Assembly (NCBI RefSeq): GCF_009834535.1
Contig: NC_045697.1
Span: 108,564,001-108,628,000, forward strand
Direction of reading: 5' to 3'
Length of the DNA: 64,000 bases
DNA from: Camelus ferus
Lineage: Eukaryota
The notes beneath the pieces are model-generated. The model saw nothing but the letters and a program-made list of their open reading frames with translations, did no database searches and had not been told where the DNA came from. Both the position numbers and the translations under genes were made by a program. How positions within the stretch are numbered: the first letter of the stretch is position 1; each line of letters opens with the position of its first letter. Positions 1 to 13,049 of this stretch are shown piece by piece.

Positions 1-360
1 AAATATACATGAATTAAAAAAAAAAAAAACCAAAGCTGTCTATAACTATCACAAAATACATCAAAAACTAAGACCTAGTGGAGATACAGAATTTTGCTCA
101 GAGTTCTATGAAATATCCTTAAAGCAGGTGAGATTTGAAAAAGATCTTAGAAAGAAACATAGAAATCTGAAGGAGGCTATAGGATGAGGAAGACATTTAA
201 AAGATAAGGAAAAAGGTATCAAAGATAAGGTACAAAGGTATCAAAGTAGCCTGAATTCCTCTATGCTCAGAAATGTCAAACAAATTGCTGCTGCTGAGGT
301 ACAGAGTAGGACAGAAACAAGCTGAAGGAAATAAGATCAGGAACAAGGCAAGGATGTCTT

Positions 361-1062
361 GTCTAATTTCAATATTGTACTGGGAATCCTAGCTAACGCA
401 GTAAGGCAAGAAAAGAAAATAAAGAACATGTAGATTAGGAAGAAATAATTTAGTCACATATGACACGATCATCTATGAAGAAAATCAGAAAGAATCAACA
501 ACAAAAACAACAAAAAAAAATTCTGGAACTAATAAGCGACTATAGCAAGGATACAGGATACAAGGTTAATACACAAAGGTCAACCACCTTCCTATATATC
601 AGCAATGAACGAGTGAATTTGAAATTAAAAACATGTTATCCTTTACAATAGCACCCCCTCAAATGAAACACCTAGGCATAAATCTAACAAAATAAGCACA
701 AGATCTGTATGAGGAAAACTGCAAGACTCTGATGAAAGATAAAGAACTAACTAAATGGAGAGATAGAGTCCATGTTCTTAGATATGAAGACTTATTATTG
801 TCAAGATGTCAGTTTTTCACCATCTGATGTGATTCAATGCAATCCCAACTAAAATCCAAGAAAGTAATTTTGTGGATACTGATAAGCTGATTCTAAAGTT
901 TATATGGAGAGACAAAAGACCCAGAATACTCAATTCAATATTGAAAGAAAAGACCAAAGTCAGAGGACTAACACCATTCAACTTCAAGGATTAATATAAA
1001 GCTACCATAATCAAGACAGTGTGGTACTGGTAAACAAATAGACAAATGGATCAAAAGAACAA
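361..1062 (+). mobile_element. Old L1 (L1M-type) ORF2 fragment
   Basis: Decayed ORF2 peptide KILELISDYSKDTGYKVNTQRSTTFLY; aaagctaccataatcaagacagtgtggtactgg motif. Confidence 0.9.
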
Positions 1063-1364
1063 AATGTCCTCATTTTCCTTTCCAAACTTGTTTTATTGAT
1101 AATGTGCAAGCATTTCTCAGCAATAAGTAGGTCTTGTAGCTTGTAATAATGAGCTTATCACCATTTAGGTTTACCTCATCACGTTGGAAGGAATCTCTCA
1201 CTGATCACAAGAACAAAGATGCAAATCTTGACACGGGAAAAAGAAACCCAGTAAAGTAAATGAATAAGAAAAAATATGCAAGAGCAACACTGGATAAATC
1301 CCTGCCTTGCTGATGACCATGTCATCTTACATGGACATAACGAGGTCAATAAAAATGATCACAT

Positions 1365-1500
1365 CATATGTTTGCACAGCCTTTTAAAACTTGCAAAGCA
1401 TTTCACATTCATTACCTCATTTAAACTCTACACAACCATTTGCAATAAGAACAGGTACCATATTCCTAGTTTAATGATGAAGAAATGAGCTCAAGGAGAT
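1365..1500 (-). mobile_element. MIR SINE fragment
   Basis: agcatttcacattcattacctcatttaa...gatgaagaaatgagctcaagga resembles reverse MIR core. Confidence 0.6.
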
Positions 1501-1689
1501 GGTGAGAGAGAGCAGATAGGACTTCTTACCTCCTATTCTTTTCAGCACACAACTCTGCCTAATGTTACATACCCAACCTATACACCAGGGTTGTAATCAA
1601 CAGAGAAAAGCTATCCAACAATGAATTTCATAGGTTACCCTATAAAAGTAGAGAAAGATGTTGTGGATACAAAAAAAAAAAAAAAAATT

Positions 1690-2510
1690 TACAAAATAAA
1701 GGGTCCAGAAACAGACCTACATAAATATCTTTGACAAAGGAGCAAAGGCAATACAATGAAACAGTCTGTCTATTCAACAAATGGAGCTGAACAACCAGAC
1801 ATGCACATGCCAAAATTAACTCAAAATGTATCATAGACCTAAATGTAAAACACAAAACTATAAAACTCCTAGAAGATAATATAGAAGAAAACGTAGATGA
1901 CCTTGGACATGCTGAAGACTTTCTAAATACAACACTTAAGATACAATCTATGGAAGAAATAACTGATAACCTGGACTTCTTTAAAATTAAAAACTGTTCT
2001 GTGAAAAACAGTGTCATGAGAATGAGAAGATAAGCCACTGACTACGAGAAAATGCTTGGAAGAGACAATACGACAGTTGCTTGTTATCCAAAATATTTGA
2101 AGAACTCTTAAAACTGAATAATAAGAAAACAAACAATCCTATTAAAAAACAGGTAAAAGGTCTGAACAGATACCTCATCAAAGAAGATGTACAGATGGCA
2201 AGTAAACATACGAAAAGATGCTGAATATCATATGTCATTAGGGAATTTCAAATTAAAACAACAATGAAATGCCACTACACGTTTATTAGAATTGCCAAAA
2301 TCCAAAACATTAACAATATCAAATGCTGGCAACAGAACTCTCTCATTCATTGCTGGTGGGAATGCAAATGGTACAGTCACTCTGGAAGACAGTTTGGCAA
2401 TTTCTTACAAAATTAAAATATTCTTACCATACGACCCAGCAATCATGCTCACTGGTATTTAACCAAAGGAGTTGAAAATGCCTACAACAAAACCTGCACA
2501 TGGATGTTAC
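1690..2510 (+). mobile_element. Old L1 ORF2 3' region, probably continuing the 361-1062 element
   Basis: tattcaacaaatggagctg, aaactcctagaagataatatag, aaagatgctgaatatcatatgtcattagggaa, ccatacgacccagcaatc. Confidence 0.92.
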
Positions 2511-2909
2511 AAGAAGCAGGAATGCAAAACAGTCTACACACTGACCCTAGCTATGCAAACTATGTCTCCATGTGGTCAAGGTCTGGCAAGTCGTATGTAA
2601 AAATTTATTCAGTAATTATTTACTGACAAATTATTAGGTATTGGGATGTCTTATACATGATAAGCACTATCAGGCAAGATAAATAAGAAATCAAAGGGTG
2701 TGAATAGGAGGGAGACAGAAAAACAATTTTAATACAATATGAGTCATAATAAAGATACTATGGGAGTAGAGATTAAGATGGGGCAACTTTTGGAGAGGGG
2801 GCACAAAAACAGGTGTTAGGTGGCTTTACGGATAATTCTATTGCCCACTTCCTCCCCAAATTACTGTTTCACTGAATTTTCAAATTTTAACAAATTTTAA
2901 CTTGGACCC

Positions 2910-3130
2910 AGGACAAGTTCTAGGTTCACATTCCTAGCCCCACTACTTACCGGATGACTGACCACTCATGAATTACTTAACTTCTCTCCACTTGTTTCTC
3001 ATCTCTGACATGGAGATAAAAATTAGAACCTACATAACAGGACTGTTAAGATTAAATGAGGTTATATATGTAAATTATTTAGCACAGTGTTCTAGCACAT
3101 AGTAAATAGTGCTCAATAAATGGTTTAGTA
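2910..3130 (+). mobile_element. MIR SINE
   Basis: ttacttaacttctct...tttctcatctctgacatggagataa...agattaaatgag...agcacagtgttctagcacatagtaaatagtgctcaataaatg. Confidence 0.88.
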
Positions 3131-3189
3131 GTAGTAGTAGCATTATTATTAATGCTGTTCTCCACTGCACTGATGAGATTCAGAGTAAG

Positions 3190-3570
3190 AACAGGTAATA
3201 GTCTGGCTCTACTGCACCAAGCAGCACCACCGTTGACTACAGGACACAACACTTTCAAGATCAATTTGTCCAGAGAAGGGCAACCAGGATGGTGATCCTG
3301 GAAAACACACTGAAGGCATGAAGTCTGGAGAAAAGATTACGGATGAACATGACAGCAGTCTTCTCCTGTAAGGAAAGGCTATCACTGCTCTACATGGAAG
3401 AGCAAGGACCAAAGAAGAATAATAGATGTCAACATGAAGAACTGTCTAAAAATATAATGCTGCTTCACACTGTAGTATGCCCTAGTGATGACTTCATTTT
3501 CAAGCTTGAGTCTCTTGATAAAGCAGGTTTGGACTTGGTGATCTCAAAGGTCCCCTTCGGAGTCTATCTC
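3190..3570 (+). mobile_element. CR1/L3 LINE 3' fragment
   Basis: tgtccagagaagggcaaccaggatggtga and terminal gatctcaaaggtccccttc are L3-like. Confidence 0.65.
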
Positions 3571-6109
3571 AGGAGACTTAAAATTAGGATGGAAAACCTA
3601 AGCAGTTTAAATATATTAATTAGTTTGAAGAAATGAGAGGTTGGGAAATAGGGAAGGGGAGGGAGAGCACTGGTGACTTCCTGGTAAAGCACTTTAGAAT
3701 TATACTTTAAAAGATAGACTCTGAAATTGCTCACAGAAGGATTTTTAAATGAAAGACACTCGTGTTTTAGGGAGAGCCAAAAGTGCTGTCAAGGCTACTC
3801 TTAAGTAACTCTCTAAAGAAACCACATATTAAATAAATGTCTTAAAAACAAAGACACTACCATGCTAACTACTGCTCTTCTAATAATGTGGTTAAGTTGA
3901 CCTTAGAGAATTGCTAGGATGGCACCTGAGTCATGGAGATGTGAGGAATTGGCTACACAGTGAACTGTTAAAGGCTGCATTGCTTTCTTCCACTATGCTC
4001 AGCTGCATGTTCACGAAGAGATCATTATATAATGCCCTTCCTTGTGAAAGGTGTCTTTTTATCCAGTCTTCCACTGAGTATTATACATTGTGAAAGTTAT
4101 CAAAAGACTAAGTACGTCAGAATTAGTTTCTAGTAGATACAGTTTTTTTTTTTTCTAATAAGTAACAGTAATATATACCTGTTGTAACAAGCTTGGGAAA
4201 TTGTGAAAAGCATGTAAGAAAAAAAATAATTCAACCACATTCAGAGGTAACTCCTAACATTTGGTTTCTTTCTGATCTTTTCTCATGCATATATATGGGG
4301 GAGGGAATTATTGTAAGTTTATTTCATAGTCAGGATCACATTTATATTTTTAGTAAATATTGTATTTGTAAGCTTTACCTATTATTAAATTTCCTTTAAA
4401 ATATGATTTTTAATGACTGTATGAGTTGCCTTCAATTGATTTCTGTATCTTAGCAACATGGTTCTTAAATTGTGGTTTTTAACTTCTCCTCAGGGGAATT
4501 TTACTCTCAAACTGCTATGTTATTATAATATTCCTCAATGTAATCATCTTTATATTGAAAATCTGAGTTTTAAACTGAACTTAAATGGCATGCCTATTTA
4601 TAATTTATAGTCCAGCTTGGGTACATCTTATAAGGTGAAATGTACCTTATTTCATTTTATTAAGGAGGATTTATTAAAAGGAAGTGGAGGAATGGAGATA
4701 GAATCAGCTAAAACGAAACTGGTAAGACAATAACAGACTTCAAATGTCCACCTATGGAATTTGGCTTCTTCAGTGGGAAATGGGGCACTCGATATTTATA
4801 TTGAGGTTACTGAACTAAAAATTCAGTTTAAAAAATTCATCCAATCATTCATACTGCCAACACACTGTCCAGGACATGGCATTACAGCCTATTGAAACAG
4901 AAACCTAAGCAAAGATGCCCTTTAATTTTTAAACACTGACTCTCCAATTTTTATCTCACAAGTGCCTGAGGGTAAGAAAACCGAAGATCAAGAGTTCTCA
5001 TCTGTTAAACTCTTTCAGCAGACCCATAGGCTTGGATAAAGAAAAGGTCAAACCATTTTCCCACCAAATGACGAGAAGACCAGAATACTAAGAGACTAGA
5101 AAATCTAAAAGGAAAATAAAAAATTGGTAGGAAGAAAGGAAAGGTAGTTTTAGTTTTCAGTTGACTGCTCAGGTGACAATGTCCAATAGATAGACAGAAA
5201 TGCAGGACTGAGGTTTGGGTGAATGACAGGAGCTGGATACCTAATTTTGGAGTCACCTACCAAAGTGAAAAGAGAACCCACCATGATATCTCCTTTATCT
5301 TCTCCATAGCATCTTCTCTATCACCAGCAAAAACAACATTAATAAAGAGCAGTTCATTTTAATTATCTACATATGAAGCGACTGCCTCAGGAACATTTTG
5401 AGTATAACTATTTGTGGTATTTGTGGGTATTTCAGAGAAGTTTATCATCTGTGTAAAGTACAAATCAATGGAACACTATAAAACATTTTGAAATCCAACA
5501 TTCTATGGGAAGATTTTTTTTGGTCTATAATTAAAATCCATAATTAAAAATTATTTTTAATTATTTGCAGTGAATAGGATATAGATTTAAACATGACCAA
5601 CATTTAGAGCTATTATGGTTTAAAATAATGTTAGTAAGTATTTTTTAAACTGCACTAATAGGAATTAATTAGAAATTGACCATATACTAAAGTTCATTTT
5701 GACATCTAATTATAAAATTCACAAAGCATTTAAGTATACAGATGTTTCTGAAGAAGAAAATTTAAAGAAACTGACAAAATCTAATGGAAGGAAATGGTAC
5801 ATACATATCAAGTAGGAAGATCTGTACATAGCATCCCCTTGGAGATGTGTTATATTTTAATTTTTATTAGAAATGGGCCCAGCTTATTACCATATGTCCC
5901 GATCCTCCTGCACACTCTTTTAAAAGTATTTATCTATTTCTCCATTAATATCTTTTTCCACTAGAGGGAGATATGACTGAACATTAACAGTCATAAAAAG
6001 TATATACACTGATATCTTCTGTGGGAAATGAAGTGTATTGCGTGAGATGAGGGATGAGGGACAGGAGACAGACAGACAAAATGAGGTCACAGGCTTACAC
6101 CTGTAAACT

Positions 6110-6290
6110 ACCCACGTGTCCCAGGCACAACACTACTTGCTTTACATACATTATTTTACTTAGTCCTTACAAAAACCCAGTGAAGTAGGTATTACAGTCT
6201 TATTTTACAGATAGAACAGATCAATTAGATTACATATGTATGGTCATAAAATGAGTGGCAAAATCAGAACTCAAGCTCAAGTTTGAAAAG
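6110..6290 (-). mobile_element. MIR SINE
   Basis: gtgtcccaggcacaacact...tttacatacattatttt...gtgaagtaggtattacagtcttattttacagatag. Confidence 0.75.
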
Positions 6291-8685
6291 CTCTTCACTC
6301 TGTTAGCGGAGAATTCATCTCCTCCAGTGTGTCCTCTTCCCTCCACTTTCACTCTCCTCTCTCCACATGCTTAAAATTGAGTTAAACTGGGCTGAGTGAA
6401 TTTTCTAGTTTGTCCTCCTTCACAAATGTAGGGGACACGGCTACCTGTTGGGTTATGTGTCCTAGTGGATTTAATTCAAGATGACTGATGCCTTATACAG
6501 CACTTTATGCTCTCTGGACATCTCTACACTGAACAGAGTTCAAATCTAAATTCTTTCTCTTACAGGAACAAGACAAGGCCAGGGGCTTCCTGACATGGCC
6601 ATCACTCTCTAGAACTTAAACTAAATACAACAGAATTTAGAGCCTGATTAGATTGCAGATGTTACCCGCATGGTCCTGAAGAGTTTCCCAGTAGCTCTGG
6701 CTCAAGAGAGTAGTTGGTGGATGGTGGACTAGAAACAAAACTGTAATTTTGATTCCCTGATTGGCAAGTGATTCTTGTACCTACTTCCTCTATTGTTTGG
6801 AAGCGAGAGACAAGAAGAAGTTTCAGGCCTCTAGACACTAGACACTAGACATACTGCTTCTTTGACTATGTATTTGTATATGTATATTTTTTTTCTAAAT
6901 ATATTTCTTATTTGAGGCAAAAAAGATTTTTTAAAAACTGCTTAGTTACCAAGAGATATCTAACAATCAGGATGGGAAAAAATACACTAATTTGAAGTAA
7001 GGAATGAAGTTATGTGAGAACAAATAGAAGACACTAATGACTGATATGGAAGAAACAGAGATCAGTGCTCAAATGTGGTTCTCTTCAGGAGAAGATCAGG
7101 AGGATACAAGACCTGGCCTAATGGTAATCTCATCTGCTTTTCATTTTAGTAGAAAATGAGCTGATATTCTACATTAAACATGGAAAAGGAGCCTTTAGCA
7201 TGGGCTGGGCATCTCTTCAGAAAACAAGATATTTTTGTCCTTAATTATGATAAGACTGTTGACATAGGGTGTAAAAACTGAAGAGATGGGCATTCCTATC
7301 TGGGGAAGCAAGTTGACTTTAGAATTTGCAAAGATTGAGCCAAATTTACAGAAATAGCTAGCACACAATTCCTAATTAAGAAACACATTTGATGGACTCC
7401 AGAGAGAGCGGTATCTGTTATCCTGTCTCAAATTTCATTGTCATTTCTTCCTGTTACAACTTTAGCCTTGAGTCCTTGTAACTTCAGTATTCATTAAATA
7501 CTACAAAGGAAAGCACTTAACTGAGCTCTCTGCACTTTCTAAAGGATAGCTCTGTTGATTTCAAACGTGGTATGGTATTAGAAAGTCACCACACTCCAGA
7601 GTCTAGAACGTAAATAGACTTGCATTTCTATTGAAAATCTTGTTTGGTGATGTTTCTACTATAGGGGGCAGCATAGCACATGGAAAGAAGAGGGCTGTTT
7701 TGAAATTAGGCAGATCTGGCTTAAAATCTCTTCCCACTTACAGTGTGATATTGGGGTGAATCATTTGGCCTGTCTGCAACCTCTGCTTACTTAACCGTCA
7801 TGGGAACTTGCAAAGAGTATGGACTTAATAAACACCAATTCTTGACCGGCATGACCCTTGACTTTTAACATTAAGAAAGTCTGGAATTTCTACTGTATAT
7901 TATTGCCATAGGCTCCCATTAGAATAAATCTTTGGTGACTACAGGGAAAAAAGATTGTCCTAAGAGTTTTGATAGTCTCCAATATGCTTTCAAAAAAAAA
8001 AAGACCAATGCAATGAAGGACCAAAAATGGTTTTTCTCCTTAATACCATAGTTTCATAAACAGCATGTTCAGTAATGACAAATAAGTAAGTCTAGCTGTC
8101 CAAAGGGTATGTTTAAGAAACTACCAAAAAAAATTTTTTTGAAAGGTGTGCTGGGTAAGATGTAGAAGGTTAACCCTACATTAATATAAAAAAATGGGAT
8201 TTTGAAAATAAATTATTATACCTCTACTCTTCTCAAAAGTCACAGTTTAAGAGGACTTGAAAGAAATTGTGGCTTAGGGTAATGTCTGTAGAAGTGTCTT
8301 ATGTATTAAGAATTTAAAGTGTCTTATGTTTATGATAATCAATAATTTAAAGCTGCTCCAAAATAAACTTTGAAATAGTGAAAGCTTTCCCCCTATTTAC
8401 TGTATTTAAAAGATTCATAAACATGGGTGACTAACATTTTCTTTTAAAGTAACACAGTAATATGTGATGCTTTCAAAATGTTGTTGAAAAATAAAGTATT
8501 AGAATAATCTAGAAGAAGTGTTTCAAGAATGGACAAAAAGGAAAATGGGCCAACTTCATATTGACATTCTACTTTGCAGAAGGGCATCTCTGCCTTGGCA
8601 ATCAAATAGTTTTATATTCGTCTTGCCATATTTATAAAAGCAAATGACCTCCAACTAAAGAGCATAGCAACAGCACGTACACGTG

Positions 8686-8728
8686 TACACACACACATAC
8701 ACACCACACACACACACACACACACACA
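8686..8728. repeat. Interrupted (CA)n microsatellite
   Basis: Seen directly. Confidence 0.95.
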
Positions 8729-11700
8729 AATGTATCTATCCCTGCTGTTGTTAGTACTCAGTCCACTCCTGTGGCCTTGTATACAGAGAGCTATAATTTA
8801 TATCCACAACTTAAGAGTGACTAGGGAAAACAGATTTAAATTCAATACACTTTGTTTTTAAGGAGGTAGCTATCCACACAGACATACCTAAAAGTACTAT
8901 TTATGATTTCATCTTGAAGGGAAGGGAAAGATAAAGCACCCATCAAATCTGTATACTGGAAGTTTTCCTCCTGAACATTATGATGGCTTCTCCTTTGGGA
9001 AAATGATATGATTCGTCTAGCTGGCTTTCTTGTTTTTAATTTAAAATGCAGCAGAACTCACTGATAGATTTGCATTCTTCAGAAAAGCTGAGTTCTGATT
9101 AATCTTCTTTCTTAAATAAGATAATGCAATTAAATCCTAAACCCCTATTCCTCCAACTGAACCCTCAGAAAAAAGAGGACAGACATAAACTCACTCTTCC
9201 GATACAACCTTGAGGGAGAGGGATCAAGAGATCAGAAGGCAGGAGCTGGGCACACTGCACTGTAATTGCTCTGAGCCTCATCCCCAAAGCAGGGCTGCAG
9301 CTGCCAGTGTTAGTCATTCCGACTCTGGCTGAGGGTCAAAGCACCACTTCCACACCTTGAGACAAGGGTGGTAAAAGGGATGAAAACCACTGCTTGAGGC
9401 CAATTCCTTCTTAGACCAACCAACTAAATAAAATCTGAACTTGCAGACAGGCTAGGGAAATTAGGGATAAGTATGTTTTAGAAAAAGTTTAAGTTTCACA
9501 AGCTGAAGCAAAAGTGACATAGCACTGCAAGTATTAAGCCAAGCGTCTAAGATACTTCATTCTAGGTCAAGTTAGGTTACAGAGGATGATGTTAAATCTG
9601 TTTTTATGCTTTCTATGGGCTAAACAAATGATTCACTGTAAAATTTAAAAATAAGCAAATAAGAGTAAGAGTATAAACCACCACAGATTATTATTTATTT
9701 GAATGTCTGTAAAATAAGTAAGATATTATTTGAGTTAAAATGCTCCTTTCCAAAGAATTGTTTAACTCATAGTCTACTCTACACGGATATTCATGATTTT
9801 TATCTAATTTTTAAATGATAAAGAACCAGAAAGCACACAAACATAAAGATCTATGAGCGTAGAAGCCTGAGGGGGAAAAAGGGACAGAAATTGTGCTACA
9901 TACCTCATTCATTCTGAGTATAATTCTTTTTACTTTCTCTCCTCTTTAGACAGAACATTAGACAGCAATGCTGCCCAAAATATTGATTAAGATAAATTCT
10001 AACTCCAGCAAAATGCACATGATGGTCTTATTGAATTTCCTGTAACTTCAATAGCACCAAAAACAGAGAAAATAAAATTCAATGCAGAGAAGTCAGCACT
10101 TACTTAAGAGCTAGTCAACAAGACCAAGGTATGTAAAGAAAAAACTCTTTGTGTATTTATGTGTGTGTGTGTGTTCATATTCTTTACAACTTAATTTTTT
10201 TTATTGTGGAAAACTTTAAACATTAAAAACTACACAGATTATACCCATGAACCCCCATGATCCTACAACCCAGCTTCAACAATTAGCAACTCATGGCCAA
10301 TCTATACCCTACTTCCTTTTTCCCCGTTCAGTATTATTTTGAAGCAAAGCCCAGACACTGTATTACTTCATTTGGACTATACTTTGATGAGGGAAAGGGA
10401 ATACAATAAAAGACTGGGTAGTGAGAGAAATGCTACTTCCTTCTCTCCACAATCCCTGCCCCTTATCATGACCACAATTTTAAGTAACATATCCAGGAAC
10501 GCTCCAAGGAAAGAAGCCCATACGCCTCCCCAAAGAATTAGCACTGCAATTCCAAATTTACTGCAGCTTCCCAGTCACTCCGCCTTCCAGCTCAGACAGC
10601 ACCTCCCTCCCTAACCAGCAAAGATAATTCAGGGAAGCAGTGATAGTATGTGATAGTGACAGTGTACCCAGTCCTTAACTCCGGCATGGCCTCCAAGGAC
10701 TGCACAAAATGGAATTGCTTTTCTCAGCAACAGGCTAGTCACCACGTCTCTGAATTGATAGGCCTCCTCCAGTTCAGACAGGAGTCTAACTGTCTACCTT
10801 TTAAATCATATCTATGGCTAACTCATGGGCTACCACTAGCTAAATGAGACAAGGAGGCAGACACAACAGAGCTGTTTCCCAGGATGGGAAAGGGAAAGGA
10901 ACACTGCAGGCGAGGGAAGCAGTGGCAGAAACCCGACAGAAAGCTGGGACTCTTTGATAATGTAAAGTGCATCTTTACATTATCTCCTACTTCTCACAGT
11001 CAAATACCAACCAAAATGGTGTGGTTACCCTACAGTAAATACTCTGATCGCCTGGAGAAGTAAATGGAGCGTTCCAGTAAAATGGAGTCAGAAAAGAACC
11101 CCAATTCCTCCAATGCTCCTAAATGTTTTAATTTTAATAACATAACTAGAAGAAAACAAGCAGTGAAGATAGCACCATACATTTCTGCTGTTTTATAATG
11201 TAGGAAAAGTGTTTCACAATCTTAAATATGTCACCATCTAGTGCTTTAACTTTTAAAAATACCTACTTAGATTTCTCCAACAACCAAATACTAATATTCA
11301 GGCTGTAATTTCTTCTTGTTTACATAACAAAGAGAAAACTGCTCACAAAGGATACACGTTAATCATCATAAGAAAACTAATTCGAGGTAACTCCCAGTAA
11401 CCTGTACCTTGGAGTAACACCTGTGAATACAAAGCCCACCAGACCAGCTGCACTTTGTAAATAAGAAAAGATTCTTCACTACTTGATTCACACAAATCAT
11501 GTTTCACTCCAACCCCTTCCACTGCACACAACCTACTAACCCCGCTGCAGGGACAAAATTTACAATGAAATTTGACATTAATGATTTTTCATAGCAATAG
11601 AATCAAATACCTTCTCTCCATTTGTAATAACATCCCATTATTGGTATTTCTATTTCTAATTTTTTCTAATACTCCCTATAAAACAAAAATCAGTTCATTT

Positions 11701-11819
11701 TATTACTACACATCTGAAGATTAATTCTGCAGTAATACAAAGATTGTGAGGAAAGTTTCACTACAATTAATATAGATACGTCAAATTTCTCAGGTGAACA
11801 GCAGACTAAATGTACTCAC

Positions 11820-12320
11820 TTTTGTTGTCTTTGTATAGAACGGGGAGGAGAGTTGGTGAATAGGCAGGTCCACGATACTACTAGAGTTTGTGACACTGTT
11901 ACTATGTGTATGTTCATCTTCCCTGCTACTGTCATCAGACTGATCAAAGTCATCACTCTCCTGGTCCATTTCCTCCTCCTCTTCATCCTCCTCATCTTGT
12001 TCGCCAGCATGCTCCTCATCCTCCTCTTGTTCTTCTTGGTTTCCCGAGGAGTCCTCGTCTATGGAAATAAACCGATTGTTGTTTTCTTCCAATTGTCCTT
12101 GCTGGGAATCATTTTGGTCACCAGGTCTAGGTTCTGCTCCAACGACTTCACCATTCCTCGCAGTGTGCTCCTCGTCCTGTTGTCTTAGCTGCTGCTGCTG
12201 TTCCTCCTCTACCACACGATTCATCTGTTCCTCATCTGCCTGGCTTGAGGAAGGGTTCCCTCTCAGAGAGCCTCCAGTTCGTCGTCTTTTGCTGCCCACA
12301 GAGAGCAGTTCCTGATTCAT
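11820..12320 (-). CDS. FBXW7: FBXW7 alpha-isoform-specific first coding exon, coding part (aa 1-167, acidic N-terminus with KRRR NLS); remaining coding exons lie beyond the window start
   Basis: Translation MNQELLSVGSKRRRTGGSLRGNPSSSQADEEQMNRVVEEEQQQQ...SSPFYTKTTK is recognisably the FBXW7-alpha N-terminus. ATG at 12320-12318, 501 nt, phase-0 donor AAA|GTGAGT at 11819-11814. Confidence 0.97.
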
Positions 12321-12389
12321 TTCCAAAAGCCAGCTTGCTACTTCTTGAACCTTGGCTAGACTATCAGAAGATGCAAAGGTTTTCACATT
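11820..12389 (-). other. FBXW7: Full FBXW7-alpha exon, 570 nt (69 nt 5' leader + 501 nt CDS)
   Basis: Long C/T tract ending ...ccccctgcag|AATGTG (AG at 12391-12390) and donor GTGAGT at 11819. Confidence 0.93.
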
Positions 12390-13049
12390 CTGCAGGGGGG
12401 AAAGGGGGGCGAGAAAAAGGTTTATACAATCTACATTATCTTTTACTTTTATGTTATATGTCTATATTCCAAATTTCATTAAAGATTATAAAAAGTATCT
12501 GATGCCCCTGAGGCATTAAGATGTTCTTTAGGAAATCAATACAGAACATTTACATTATAAAAGTTATGAGACTTTATAAAGATATACACAAAATCATATA
12601 GTAAACAGCTTTATTTTAATCTCCTTTTTAAAATAATTTTAGAACAAAGGTTACAGTTTAATTTAGTTGCTTTGACCAATAAAACATAATCTACCCTGTA
12701 AAACAATTTTAAATTTTAGATCAGTAGTTCATAAACTATAACCTTTGTAAAACTTCCACAAAATGTTAAAAAGGGTACTTCCACAAAATGCTAAAAAGTG
12801 TATCACAAAAAACTATTCACTGCTCAGTTAAGTTCAGGAAATGCTGAGATAAACCAAGATAAAAAGGCTTTTTTTTTTTAAAATTTTAGGAATTTCCCAA
12901 ACTTATCACAGAAGCTTGTCTTTAGACAGTTTTTTGACAGGTATCAAATATAATCATTATAATTTTCACTTTTCACAATGAATATAAATCAACTGAACAT
13001 CAAATAAATAAAAATTTTATTTCAAAAAAAAAAAAGAAAAGAAAAAAGT

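Noticed and set aside
5540..5564. 12-bp-arm AT palindrome ataattaaaaat-t-atttttaattat
   Set aside because: Pure A/T low complexity; plausible by chance in this composition.
1..11800. FBXW7 beta/gamma first exons or shared F-box/WD40 exons
   Set aside because: No matching peptide seen; these are expected further downstream, before position 1.
11790..12386. 198-aa ORF as a complete single-exon protein
   Set aside because: It starts at GTG and reads through the GTGAGT donor at 11819; VSTFSLLFT is intronic.
11816..12502. Overlapping antisense and alternative-frame ORFs (67, 111, 84, 85 aa)
   Set aside because: Shadows of the low-complexity E/D/Q-rich FBXW7 exon; no independent support.
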